From NCBI GenBank assembly GCA_958009085.1, contig OY253673.1, positions 372,001 through 436,000 on the forward strand: DNA of 64,000 bases, read 5' to 3'. This stretch comes from Protoeuglena noctilucae. Its lineage: Eukaryota. Shown piece by piece: positions 12,273 to 23,081 of the stretch. Each line of letters opens with the position of its first letter. Position 1 is the stretch's first letter. A model generated the notes under the pieces. It had not been told where the DNA came from and did not search any database. It saw nothing but the letters and a program-made list of their open reading frames with translations. The position numbers were made by a program, and so were the translations under genes.

Positions 12273-15200
12273 CGCCCCCTGCAGTGCGTTCTGCAGCTCC
12301 GTGGCCACGCCGTCGCGCCCCCTGCGCAGTCGGTCCAGGACGCTGCTCAGGGCCACTAGGTCCTCCGAGCGCCGCTCATCCAGGGCGGCGATGCGAGACA
12401 GGGAGCTCCTGAAGCGAGAGGGGAGGAATGAGGATGCGGTGGAGATAGATAGTGGTCGTGGGGGTGGGCAGTGGGTGGCAGGCGGGTCACGGTCATAGCC
12501 ACAGCCACTGGTCAGCAGTCGAGGGAGAGAGCCTCGCCGGTCCTCGCCGCTCCCTCCCCTCAGCCCTCACCTCAGCCTCTCCGCTTCCTGCCTCGCCCGC
12601 GTCCCGTTGGCCACCTCCTGCGCCACGTCTGCCCTCAGCTTCCCCGCCTCCTCGCTCAGGTGCCGGGCACGCGCCACTGCCTCGTCTAGCTCCTGCTGCA
12701 GCGACCTGTGGGTGCGGAGCCACAATAAGGATGTTCCTTTCGCCCATCCACCACCCACACTTCCAACCCACTCGCCACAACCCTTACCACCCCACTCGCC
12801 ACCACCCATACCCCCACCCTCATCCCAACCTTCACCCTCACCCATCATCCCACCACCCTCACCACCACCCCCACCCCACCCCACTCGCCTGATCTTTGCC
12901 GCATCCTCGGTCGCCCTTGCTTTGGCCTCCTCTGCCGCTGCCCGTGCCTCTCGCTGCACCTCCTCTCCCCACCGCTGCAACCGGTCCCTCTCGACCTGCA
13001 GGCCTCGCCTCTCCTCTTCCCACCGCCGCATGTCCTCCGTGTGCAGGCCCACCTGCCGCGCCAACTGCGCCACCTTGTCTGACGCGTCCTTGCATCGAGA
13101 CTCCAGGTCAGCCACACGCGCCCTGCGACGAGAGAGGGTGGCGCGCGAGGGTCATGGAGGGACTTGGGCCGACAGAACTGGGCGAGATGCAACACACTCG
13201 CCACACCCCGCACACCCGCACATCTCACCTAGCCTTAAACACCCACCACCGTCACCCCTCATTTAAACACAACTCACCTGGCCTCGCACAGCTCCTCCTC
13301 CGCAGCTATCCGCGCCCGCTCCATGGCCAGCCGCTCCTCCCGGGCCTGCCTCTCCCGTTCCTCCGCCATGCACCGATCCCTCTCGTCACGCTTCCTGCAC
13401 AGATAGCACAGATGCCACGGCTCAAATGCAGACTGAGTCACTCACCAAACACCCAGCGTGAACCTTACAGCAACGCACTCCCTCTCGCCACCCCTCGCTC
13501 ACCACCGCTTCCTCACCCACACCAGCGCCGCCCCCACGCTCACCTCCGCTCCTCAGCAGCCCCCTCCGCCATCCTCGCCGCCTGCTCCTTCCGTTCTGCC
13601 TCTGCCGCCCTCAGCTCCCAGTCTTTGGCCACCGCCCGTGCCGCGTGCAGCTCCCTGCCCAGTGCCTCCACCTCCCCCTGCACCTCCTGCCCCCGGGCCT
13701 GCAGTCCGTTCCTCTCATTCACCGCGTGCTTCCACGAGGCGTTCGCCAAGTCCAACTCACGCCTCAGCTGCAGACACAGGGAAGTGGCGGGGGACATGAG
13801 AGCGGAACATGCGACGCCGCACCTGGTTCAGTCAGTCAAGCGCGACATGCATGCACAGCCTTTGCATTACAGGACATCCACCCACACACATAGACGGAGC
13901 TCAGTCAAGCAACCACACCCGCCTGCACCCACGCTGCTGCCCTTGCCGTCGCTGCGCTGCAAATAGCTGCTGCTTGAAACAAGGATGGGATCCCTTCCCA
14001 CGCCACCGCGTTCCCCACCTTCCGCACTTCGGCCTCTTGCTCTGCGGCCTCTCCCCACGCCACCGCATTTCGCACCTTCCGCACTTCGGCCTCTTGCTCT
14101 GTGGCCTCCCTCTGCCGCGCCTCTGCCGCCCTCAGCCACTGCCGCTCCTCTGCTTTATACTGGACCAGGAGAGCCACCAGGGCCTCCTTGCTGCGACGCG
14201 AACGAAACGACGCTTCATTGAGAGTCCAGCAGCGCCACCATGGCACCGACAAGGGTCAGTGCCTACGCTTGCGATGAACGGCAGCCATCTGTCGCCAACA
14301 GCACCGTCGATGGCCAAGCAAGGCTAAGGACTGCCCTGGCAGAAGAAAAATCTCAGCACATGCCACAAGGCCCCGGCTCACAACCCCCACCTGAGACGCG
14401 CCAAGTCCTCAGCAGCGGCAAACTCGGGCACAGTGACAGGGGCCGCCGAGCGTGCGAGCGCGGCAGGCGGAGGCGGCGTGCACTCCACCGCACCCACGGA
14501 CGCCGGCACCTCCCATTCCGGGCCCACGCGGACCTCAGCGCAGGTCGACCCTTGCTCCCCCGTCACAATCGTGCTCCCCAGCCCCGACGATTCATGCCAC
14601 ACCCCCGCAAGCGCCGCATCAACTCCCCGCGCCGGACCCGCGCGGCCCTCCTGGCCCCCGCCTGGCCTTGGCGACACCGCCGGGGACGCGGTGGTCCGCC
14701 GTTTCTTGGAAACCCATCCCTCGGCGTCTGGGGCATCGTGCGGCGGCAGCAGCCGGCGACTCGGACCCGGGCCCGGCGTCCCCGCGTCGGGCAGTGCGGT
14801 CCGGGGCGGCGATCTCCGCCCGGCGCCGGCGTGGTCGCCCCCCGGTGCCCCTCGCGCGGCCTTGGCGGGGGTCGCGGCCGGGCCAGCGCCCGCGGGGGCG
14901 AGGGCGGCCCCCCGCCCGGGAGATCCCGCGCCTCGCGGCTGCGCCGGGGACGACTGCGTGGTGGGTAACGTCAGCGGCGTCCCCGCGGGGCCGAACCCCA
15001 CGTGTGCGGCAGCCTCGGGTCGGCCGTCCCGGTCCCGGTCCCTCTGCGCGCCCTTGGCAGCCGCCGCCAGCCGCGCCGCGTGCATCTCCGCCGCCTCGCT
15101 GAAAGTGTACGTCAACCGCGCCTCCGCCTGCAGCGCCCCGGTCGTCTCGCCCCCAACCGCCACCAGCTGCCCCCGCCACACCGTCCCCGTCTCACGCTTG

Positions 15201-16752
15201 CCCCGGGACCCCTCGCTGCCCCCGAACAGCACCAGTTCCCCGCGGCCCAGGTGCGCCATGGCGTGCTTGGCCAGCGCCGGGCTCCGCTGCGGCGCCTGCA
15301 CCGGCACCCACTCAAACGCCCCGCCCCGCTGCACCAACAGCGCCGCCTCCCGGGCCCTCGCGCCGCCCCCACCGCCCCAGAGCAGCACTCCTTGCAACCC
15401 CTCGCCGGGGCGATGGTCCGCGGGGACCCACACCGCCGCGGCCGTCGCGTGCGATCGGGGCGCAGGGAGTATCCCGCCGACCCGCCTCGGCCGGACCCAC
15501 GCCAGGGCGTGCCAGGGGTTCCCGTCCGCCCCGGGCGCAGCGGTGCCCAGATCGAGCACCGCGATGCTCTGGTCCTCGCCCAGCAGGCCCTTGGCGCTCT
15601 GGCCGCTCAGGAAGACGACTCGGGAGCCGAGCGTGGCGGCGGCATGGAAGCAGCGGGGACGGAAGGGCGGGCCGCTCGGAGGCATCGGGTGCAATGGCAG
15701 GACAGTGCGGGACTGGGTGTCTGCGGGAGAGGAGTGGGGCAAGACAGTGTGACACTCGGTGGGGTGTGCGGGAGGAGAGTGAAAGCAGACGGTGGGGTGC
15801 GGTGGGAGCGTGGCGAGAGTGCGGGCTGCGGATGGCCGGAGGGCGGCTCACCGACGGCGAGGAGGTCGTCGAGGTGTCCTTCACCGGGGCGGAAGCCGCC
15901 GTGCACGAGAATGACGTGGGGCTGCGGGGCAGGGCACGTGAAGGGCAGTTGCAGTGCAGCAAGCCATGACGTGCAGCGCGGGCGATGCCTCCGCGACTCA
16001 CCATGTGCGGATGGAGGACCGCACAGTGACCGAGGCGAGACAGGAGCCGGACGTCTCCTCGCAGCTCTGGCGACTCCCAGGAGCGTGAAAGGACGTCCAG
16101 GACGACGCAGGCGGGCTGCGTGCACAGCTCCGCGCCGCCATCCCCCTCCGCGCGCTTGCCACCGATCACCCATATCGATGTGTCACCGACGAGCGTGGCG
16201 GTGTGGCTCGAACGTGCCTGCCGGGCACGGGAGCGGAGGGGGTCTGCGTTCTGGACGCTCGTGGGGCCAATCCCGCGAGCCTGGCGCGGAGAAACGGCAA
16301 CAGTTGGGATCATCGGACACGTGCAGAGCGTGGTGAGGCATAAACGCCCGGCCAACGAGGCTCAAAGGAGCGGGGAGCGGGTCAGCGGGGCCAGCGCGCT
16401 TGAGGTCCCGTCGCGAGCAGCCGCGCACTGCGACGAGTTCCCGCTGTGCACATCGTCAGATTATCACCCTGCCATCGTCGCGAACGCGTCGCACTGCGAA
16501 GGACGGCGACGGTGGCGAGCCGGGGGCTGACGTCGCAGTCACCTCGAAGGCAACCCCCGCTGTCTCGACGGTGCGCCAGGAGCCGGAGTTGAGGTCCAAG
16601 CAGGCTACGTCGGAGAGAGTCGAGCCGCCGCGGACCCCGCCGATGACCACCAGCGCGTCGCCCAGCAGCGTCCCCGTGTGTTGGCTCCGCGGCTTGCCTG
16701 CGTGCTCGTGGACGTCGGTCCAATCGACTCGGACCCGAGCTAAGGAACTCAT
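12258..16752 (-). CDS. Kelch-repeat beta-propeller protein with low-complexity linker and C-terminal coiled coil, spliced
   Basis: Kelch motifs PRSQHTGTLLGDALVVIGG, RSSHTATLVGDTSIWVIGG, RCFHAAATLGSRVVFLSG, PRSHATAA and LAKHAMAHLGRGELVLFGG. Heptad E/R/A-rich exons at 12.3-14.2 kb end at TGA 12258. Confidence 0.78.
13997..14108. repeat. 57-bp tandem duplication spanning an exon end and splice donor
   Basis: cccacgccaccgc...accttccgcacttcggcctcttgctctg at 13997 and 14054. On the minus strand it translates as EQEAEVRK|GT twice. Confidence 0.85.
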
Positions 16753-17062
16753 ACGCCAGACAAGGGGTCCCTTCCCGCCCCATGGTGTCGATCCGGGGCC
16801 CAGCGGGGCTAGGATCGGGCCTATCTGGTGCCATGCCCTAGCCTGGCACAGGGCAATCGTCGTGGCCTCAGGCTCAGACTGCTCTGGTGGGTGGGGCTTT
16901 CAAGCAGCAAAGCGATGGACAATGCCTGCTGGCAACAACACAGCGCAATTCTTGGCCTGCCCACGTGCGAAACGAAATGCGATGGCGTAGCAGACGCGTT
17001 TCGGCCGGCAGCTTGCGTGACCTCCCTGGCCCTGACCTCCCAGACCTCCGTTGGATGCAGCC

Positions 17063-17952
17063 TCAGTCGCCGGTGCGGCGCACCTTGGCCCGGTGCTCCT
17101 CTGCGCGTTCGATTGCGTCGATGGGGTGGACCAGCACCATCAGCGACTCCCACAGCGCCATATCCGAGTCGCCCTGGGGTTCGTAGAGGGCGTAGTCGCT
17201 CGTCGGCTTGTGCAGGGAGCTGCGGTACACCTCGGTGCCGGTCCCTGCGGGCAGTGAGAGGGTCGGTTTGTGGAGGCATCGCAGGCACAGCACAGCACAA
17301 CATCACAGCACAGCGCGGCACAGCCCTCACCGACGCGCTTCCGGCCGCTGAACTCGTACGCGCACGCGTGGAAGCCGCACGTCTCGCTCTGGATGTTCCG
17401 CTTGCACATCGGGCACTTGGCCCGGTACGTCACCAGGTCCGTGGCGACCATGCCGACGGGGCATACGACGCGCCCCTTGCCGTGCGCCTCGCACCTGGGG
17501 TTGTGGCACTCGCCCTTGATGTTGAGGCCCTGCGTGACGTTGCACCACTCCGGGGCGTCCTCAGAAAACTCCGTCTGAGAGCGAGGAATAAGGGGCCGGG
17601 TGACTTTACAGAGACTGTTGGACGGTCAGCTCGCCCGGCATCGTTCCCCCAGTCTGCAGCTCACCTGCTCAACGATGTCAGGGTTGGACACGTCGGCGAA
17701 GATGAAGTGCGGAACTGCATACCCACCCCCTCGGAGCCTCAAAATCAGGTGAAGTGTCGACTTGGTTTGAATCTTGTAATCGGCCAGCGTTCTCCCGTCC
17801 TCCAGCTGCCACCCCGCGAAGATGAGGCGCTGTTGATCCGGGGGGATGCCCTCTTGACGCTGAAGTTGGGTCTTTACCGACTCCACCGTGTCGGTCTCGT
17901 CCACCAGCAGCGCACAAGTCGTTCCCGCCAGCGTTTTGATAAACAACTGCAT
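17063..17952 (-). CDS. Divergent ubiquitin fused to a Cys-rich (putative Zn-binding) domain; 3 exons
   Basis: Exon 1 (17952-17665) encodes a 76-aa ubiquitin ending RLRGG. Exon 2 from 17574 gives [22 protein letters not shown]...CPMC...TCGFHAC. Last exon ends at 17063. Confidence 0.85.
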
Positions 17953-18895
17953 CTTGCTGCACAGGAGAGAAGATCACACCGTCGCACATTCGATGCGACC
18001 TCGATGTGCGGGGCGAGGCAGCCGCTGGCTGCTCAATGCGCCTCCGTGCTGCGCCATGGGGCAAGCATGCGTGCACGCGCGAGGCGGCATGGACCGCGAG
18101 CGATCGGGTGTGCCGCGTCAAATCTTGTGCCTCCCGATCATGCGCTCACGTGAGTGGGCGCGTTGACGGCGCGTGGCCGCGTAGGGAGGCCGTTGACCTA
18201 GAGCGCTGGGCCGGTGCCCGCAGAGCACCTCCGCAGCGGCGCCGATGGACACAGCTTGCCGGAATGCACTGCTTGGCCGACCGATATCCCACAGGCGGAC
18301 CGGCAGCTACGACGCGCCGCGGGGGCCGATCGCGCGGAGCAAACCACCCTGTGCTGCCTCGCGCGCGAGCGCGGACGCGGTGTGTGCGGCTGATATCCGC
18401 CAGCGTGACTTGCAGTACCAGCCAGGCGACTGAGCGCCGTCAGAGGGCGAGACTCGCACGAACGCCGCTGGCGAGGTCGGACAGGGGGATGCCCCGCCCT
18501 GCAGCACGTCCGCCGCGGCTCGAGCAGTGGTTGGGATCATCCAACACCGACTCCACGGAGGTGGCATGGGGGTCCGCGGCTGCGACCAGGTGCGGCAGGA
18601 GCGGGTGCTGTGGGCGTGGCGTGAGTGGCGTGGGTGGGGCATGGACGTCTCATGGCCGCCCCTCGTGCAGCGCGGATGGGCCGACGAAACTGGCGAGCGG
18701 TGCAGGTGAGGCAGCAGAGTTCGATCTGCCGGCAGGGTGAGACTCACTTATTTGCATCACGACTGGTCAGGCTTGGGCATGCCCCAGCAGCACACCCTTC
18801 AGCTCTGTAGCTTGATAGTCCCGTGCTGTGTATGGGGCGCCCCTACGCAGTCATTCCAGCGAGCATGCGGGTTCAATCCAAGAGCACATGGCCCT

Positions 18896-19648
18896 TCATC
18901 GACCATCGAAGCTGGCCCCCCTGCGCCTCCTCGACCCCTCCTGCGACTCGCTCCGATCTCTCTTCTTCTCCTTCCGCCGCTTCTTCTCCTTCCTCTCCTT
19001 CTTCTCTTTCTTCTGCCCCTTTCGCTCCTCCCTCTCGCGTTTGCGGCCTCTCTCCCTCCCGTCCCCGCCACGCGCCACGCCGCCCTCCCCGCCCTCCCGC
19101 TCCGGCGCCCGCTCACGTGACCCACGGTCCGCCGCGCCGTGCAGCCCGCTCATGCCGCTCGGCAGCTCGAGCCCCTCGTAATCCATGTACGCACTGCCGG
19201 GCACGGAAGGGCACGCAGCAGGCTTGACGCAGCGGCACCGACCCCCACCGCCACCGCCCACGCCTACCGCACACGCCCACCCCCCGAGGCCTAGCGCACA
19301 CACTCACCCGCCCAGGCCGCGCCCCCGCGGCACGCTCGGCGCCGCCGTCACGTGTCCCGGCCGTGGGAAGGACTCCGAACGGGTCCCAGCCGCAGCCGTA
19401 GCCTCCCCCGCACCGCCCGCGCGGCCGCTACGGCTCGCTCCGGCACCACCCTCCGCCGCGCGCTGGCTCCGCGCCCGCTCCTCTCCCCCGCCGCCCTCCC
19501 GCTCGCCCCCCGGCTGAACCCCCGACTCGGCAAAGTGCTCCTCCCAAAGGGTCTTCTCGTCAGCCCTCCTCACGTGCGCCTCGGCGTCTCTGACCACGCG
19601 GAGGAGGAAGGACCCGCTGGGCCGTGGGGCGCCGGCCGGGCGCGACAT
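18896..19648 (-). CDS. Small nuclear-type protein, NKAPD1-like N-terminus with Lys/Arg-rich tail; 2 exons
   Basis: [36 protein letters not shown] resembles the NKAPD1 N-terminal motif (recalled, not searched). Second exon has KKEKKERKEKKRRKEKKR. Confidence 0.6.
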
Positions 19649-19663
19649 CGGCGGCAGGGCGCG

Positions 19664-20513
19664 TCACAGCTTGACGGCCTTGGCCTGGCGGATGCGCTGC
19701 GGGCGGAGAGGGATGTCCGATACGCCAGTCATTCTCGCCGCCAGACTGCAGCGCGGCGAGGGCTGGTGCCAGCAACGCATCGAGTCCCCTACCTCCAGGT
19801 GCCTCGCGACCAGGGGCGTGAGCCCGATGGTGATGGGGGTCCGCACGGGGAAGAGGAACTGCGGGAGACGGTCTCGCAGATGAGAGCGAGTTCCAGGTGC
19901 GCACTTGGGGAAATCAAAGGGACCCACGTCGTCGTAGCGCAAAGCCGGCACCTTGTTGCAGATGAAGGCCAGCGCCAGGGTGCCACCCGTGCCAGATACG
20001 AGCTTCTCTAGCCAGTTGGACTCCTCGTTGCGCATGGGATCGTCCGAGCCGTCCTGCGGGTGGGGCAGGAAAGGTCCGTGACCACGTCGTGCCGGCCACC
20101 CAACGTGGACCCGCGTGTGCAAGGCCACGCGCGCCACCGCCTCGCCTTCTTCGATCCCTGAGGCATCAGCCCATAGTTCTGGAGCATGCCCTTGACATCG
20201 ACGTTGGACTGGAGCGCCGCGTAGCAGACGCCTGGGGAGAGAGCGGGCGCGGGGGGTTCGGGGAGGGCCAGAAGGGATCGGCAGCGGACACTCGTTGTGA
20301 AGGATGATCGAAACTCACTGATTCCGGTGAAGTAAACGGTGAAGTGCACGCCCACGGCCACGGTTCCATACTTTCGGAAGAGCTGCGGGAACGGACTCGA
20401 GCGCGTGTCTCGGCTGCGGTATCGAGCGCGATGTGAATGGTGTATATTCCAAGCAGCGCGGGGGCGGCTGGCGCGGGGGAATCGGCGCGCCTCGCCTCCC
20501 GGACAGCAGCCAT
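19664..20513 (-). CDS. FAM210/DUF1279-family membrane protein, spliced; start uncertain
   Basis: LFRKYGTVAVGVHFTVYF...CYAAL...VDV...GTLALAFICNK...LFPVRTPITIGLTPLVARHL matches the DUF1279 signature. Confidence 0.85.
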
Positions 20514-20901
20514 CTTCCGGGGGAGGCGCGCCTCCCGTCCGAACGCCGGTGCGCGCGCGACTCGAAGGCGCAGGGGCCGCTGCCCCCGATGCTGACAATC
20601 TCGAGTACCCCCAACGCGCACTATCTCCACAATCGGCGTCCCCGAGAGGGAGGGAGGGCTGATTCAACGGAAGGGGCACTCCGTTTCCGCCCCTGAGCAA
20701 TCCACGCACAGCAAGCAAGGCAGGTCGGAGCTCTCAGCGACCATCACTGGCCCATGCTGGCAAAGTGAATCGAGATACGCGCCTGACATGACGCAGCCGA
20801 GCGGAACTGACGCGGGCTTGACACGCAGGTGGTCTGACGCGACAAGGGAGGTGCTATCTCTATCAGATGGTGATGAGCGATTCAACAGTCGAGGGGTGCT
20901 A

Positions 20902-21144
20902 TGACTCTCAGAGCCACGCCTTGCGGCAGAAGTGCCGTCCCCCGGGGCAGCTGACACCCCGGGGTTTCCATCGTTGCAGTGCATATGGCACGTGGCCCGC
21001 CCCCGCTAGGTCGCCCCACCCTAAGGCAAAGGGGTCGCCCACCCCGGGTTCTTGCACCCCTAGCCCCGTCGCTGCGCCCGAAGGCAGAATCGCCGTCCCA
21101 GAGTGGGACGATGCAGCCGCGGGGGCCCTCCGTGGAGACCCCCG
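20902..21144 (-). ncRNA. Candidate structured RNA (multi-hairpin), probably the retroelement 3' terminus
   Basis: At least six stems on the minus strand, with cUUCGg, cGCAAg and cCACGg tetraloops and G-U pairs that only form on the minus strand. Confidence 0.5.
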
Positions 21145-21593
21145 GGCGTCTATTACAAAAGGTGAGGCCGAGGCTAATGACGATCTGTCTGTGTAGCTTA
21201 TGTGCGGCCAATCATGACATCCCCCGCTCCCTACCCTCCTCCCATCCTCCTCAGGCGGCCCAGTTGGCTCGCCCACCTGGCCACGCTGGCCCGGACGCGA
21301 GGGCGGTGGGGGCGGTCCGAACGCAGACGGCGTTCCTTGGGGGGCGCAGCGTTGCCCCTGGGCGCCCCGCTCGCCCACGCTGCGCCCCTGAGGGCCGGCT
21401 GCCTCTCATGTGCACCGCCCCAGACCGCCCCGCTCCGGGTGCGTGCGCCGGCACGACCCCCTCGGCCGTGTGCCCAGAGACCCACGACGTGACCCCGCTC
21501 CTCGCTCCCGCACGTCGACCTTGGCCCTTGGCCCGTCCTCTCCCGCGCCCGTCGGCCTTGGCCCGTCCCTCAACTCCTCGCCCCCACACGCCC

Positions 21594-21810
21594 AGATGAC
21601 CTTGGCCTATCACGCTGACGACCTTGGCCCATCACGCTGACGACCTTGGCCGAATGCGCTGACGACCTTCAACCGACGCTGTGGCGACCCTGGCCCTTTA
21701 ACGCTGACGACCTTGGCCCACCTCCCGCTCCGCGCACCCGCGCGCCTGATAACCGAGGCCTGCCCCCCGCTCACGCGCACCCGCGCGCCCTGATAACCGT
21801 GGCCTGCCTC
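21594..21810. repeat. Array of ~22-bp repeats (acgctgacgaccttggccc, ~6 copies) followed by two ~38-bp repeats
   Basis: Direct reading. The second unit cgcgcacccgcgcgcc(c)tgataaccgNggcctgcc occurs twice. Confidence 0.85.
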
Positions 21811-22973
21811 GCGCCCCCGTCGCCCCCCCAAACACCCGACACCCCTGTGTCGCCCAGCCCATGCCCACCCACACCACTCGTTGCCCCTTGTGTTACTCTC
21901 GCCGCCGCCGCTCGCTCTTGCCGCGCTGCCATCGCGCCCGCCCCCAAAAGCCCGCTGCCCTGCTGTGTGTCGTGCGAGGGGTCGCCCCCGCCAGCGCCAC
22001 CATGCCGGGCGCCAGCACCCCTCGCCATCCGTTGCTCTCCTGCAGGGCCTCCTCAGCAGACTCCCAAAGACAGGCCCTCCGGCCCCGCTTGCGCTCCCAC
22101 TCTCCCCGTCTCGTCGCAGCCACGCCGCTCTCTGATCCTGTGGCGCCTGGTCCGTTCTGCGCCACTGCCGGGTGTTCCCACGACATCCCCGGCGTTCCAC
22201 CCCACGGGCGCCATGTCTCTCGCCACTGTCTGAGCCCATCAACCCGTTGCTGCCAGCTCTGCCCCGACGTTTGTCCCCCGTCGCACCCTTTGCCAGCCCC
22301 CCCCAGCGGGGCTGGTCTCTCACGTTGGCTGGAGCACAGGCGACGCGCTGGCGACCCCCACGCGGACCCACCCGACCAGCGCCAGAGCCCCTGAAGGACC
22401 ACGGGCGGGGAGGCCACGCGGCACGCGCAGTACCGTGGGTGTGCGGGGCGCGCCGCAACGGCGACGGAGCAGACGCCCCACGGGTGAGCGCTGGCGGCTG
22501 TGGGACACCAAGGGCCTGCGAGGCATGGCTGCAAAGGGCTAGGGGTGAGGCAAGGGTGCGTGTGCGCGTCCGTCCAGGTCTGCGGTCGGGGAGAGGTGAC
22601 GGTGTGCGTGACGGAGGATGAGTGTCGGTGTGGGTCCTGACCTGCGGCTGGCAAAGAGGGTGGTCGTGGGAGGATGCGAGGAGGTCTGTGCGTGATTGGG
22701 GGAGGTCAGGAGGTGCAGATGCTGTGCTGGATCGGTGTGTGGTGCTTGGTGCGTGGGGAGTGATGCGCTGAGGGGTGCGAGTGCTCACCTGGGCATTAGC
22801 TGTGAGGAGAGGGTGCTGAGCCTTACCTGTGCAGCTAGGGGGGGAGTGCGTGGGGCAGGAGGGCTTGCGAAAAGGGCGAGTCTGGTTGGGCGTGTGAAGT
22901 GAGGTGTATGGGGGGGCGTGGTCCGTGAGAAGGGTGTGGCGTGGGGCTGGCAGGAGGAGGGGTGGGAGATGAT

Positions 22974-23081
22974 GCGTGCTGAGCAGGAAGGTGGTTTATG
23001 TGGGGGTCCATGTGGAAGAGGAGAGGGGCGTGCTGAGCAGGAAGGTGGTTTATGTGGGGGTCCATGTGGAAGAGGAGAGGG
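22974..23081. repeat. Perfect 54-bp tandem duplication
   Basis: gcgtgctgagcaggaaggtggtttatgtgggggtccatgtggaagaggagaggg at 22974 and 23028. Confidence 0.92.

Noticed and set aside
18006..18810. Possible small gene between the ubiquitin fusion and the NKAPD1-like gene
   Set aside because: No frame gives a recognisable or convincingly coding-like product. Left unannotated.
20870..20954. Box C/D snoRNA (GTGATGA ... CTGA) on the plus strand
   Set aside because: No proper terminal stem and only ~8 nt of rRNA complementarity. The TGATGA is better explained as part of the candidate TSD.
21015..21066. Telomerase RNA template (ccctaa / cccctag) in the structured region
   Set aside because: Less than 1.5 telomeric repeats, and the tetraloops and G-U pairs favour the opposite strand.
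21594..21720. Short repeats resembling a CRISPR array
   Set aside because: The units are directly adjacent and degenerate with no unique 25-40 nt spacers, there are no cas genes, and the context is eukaryotic.
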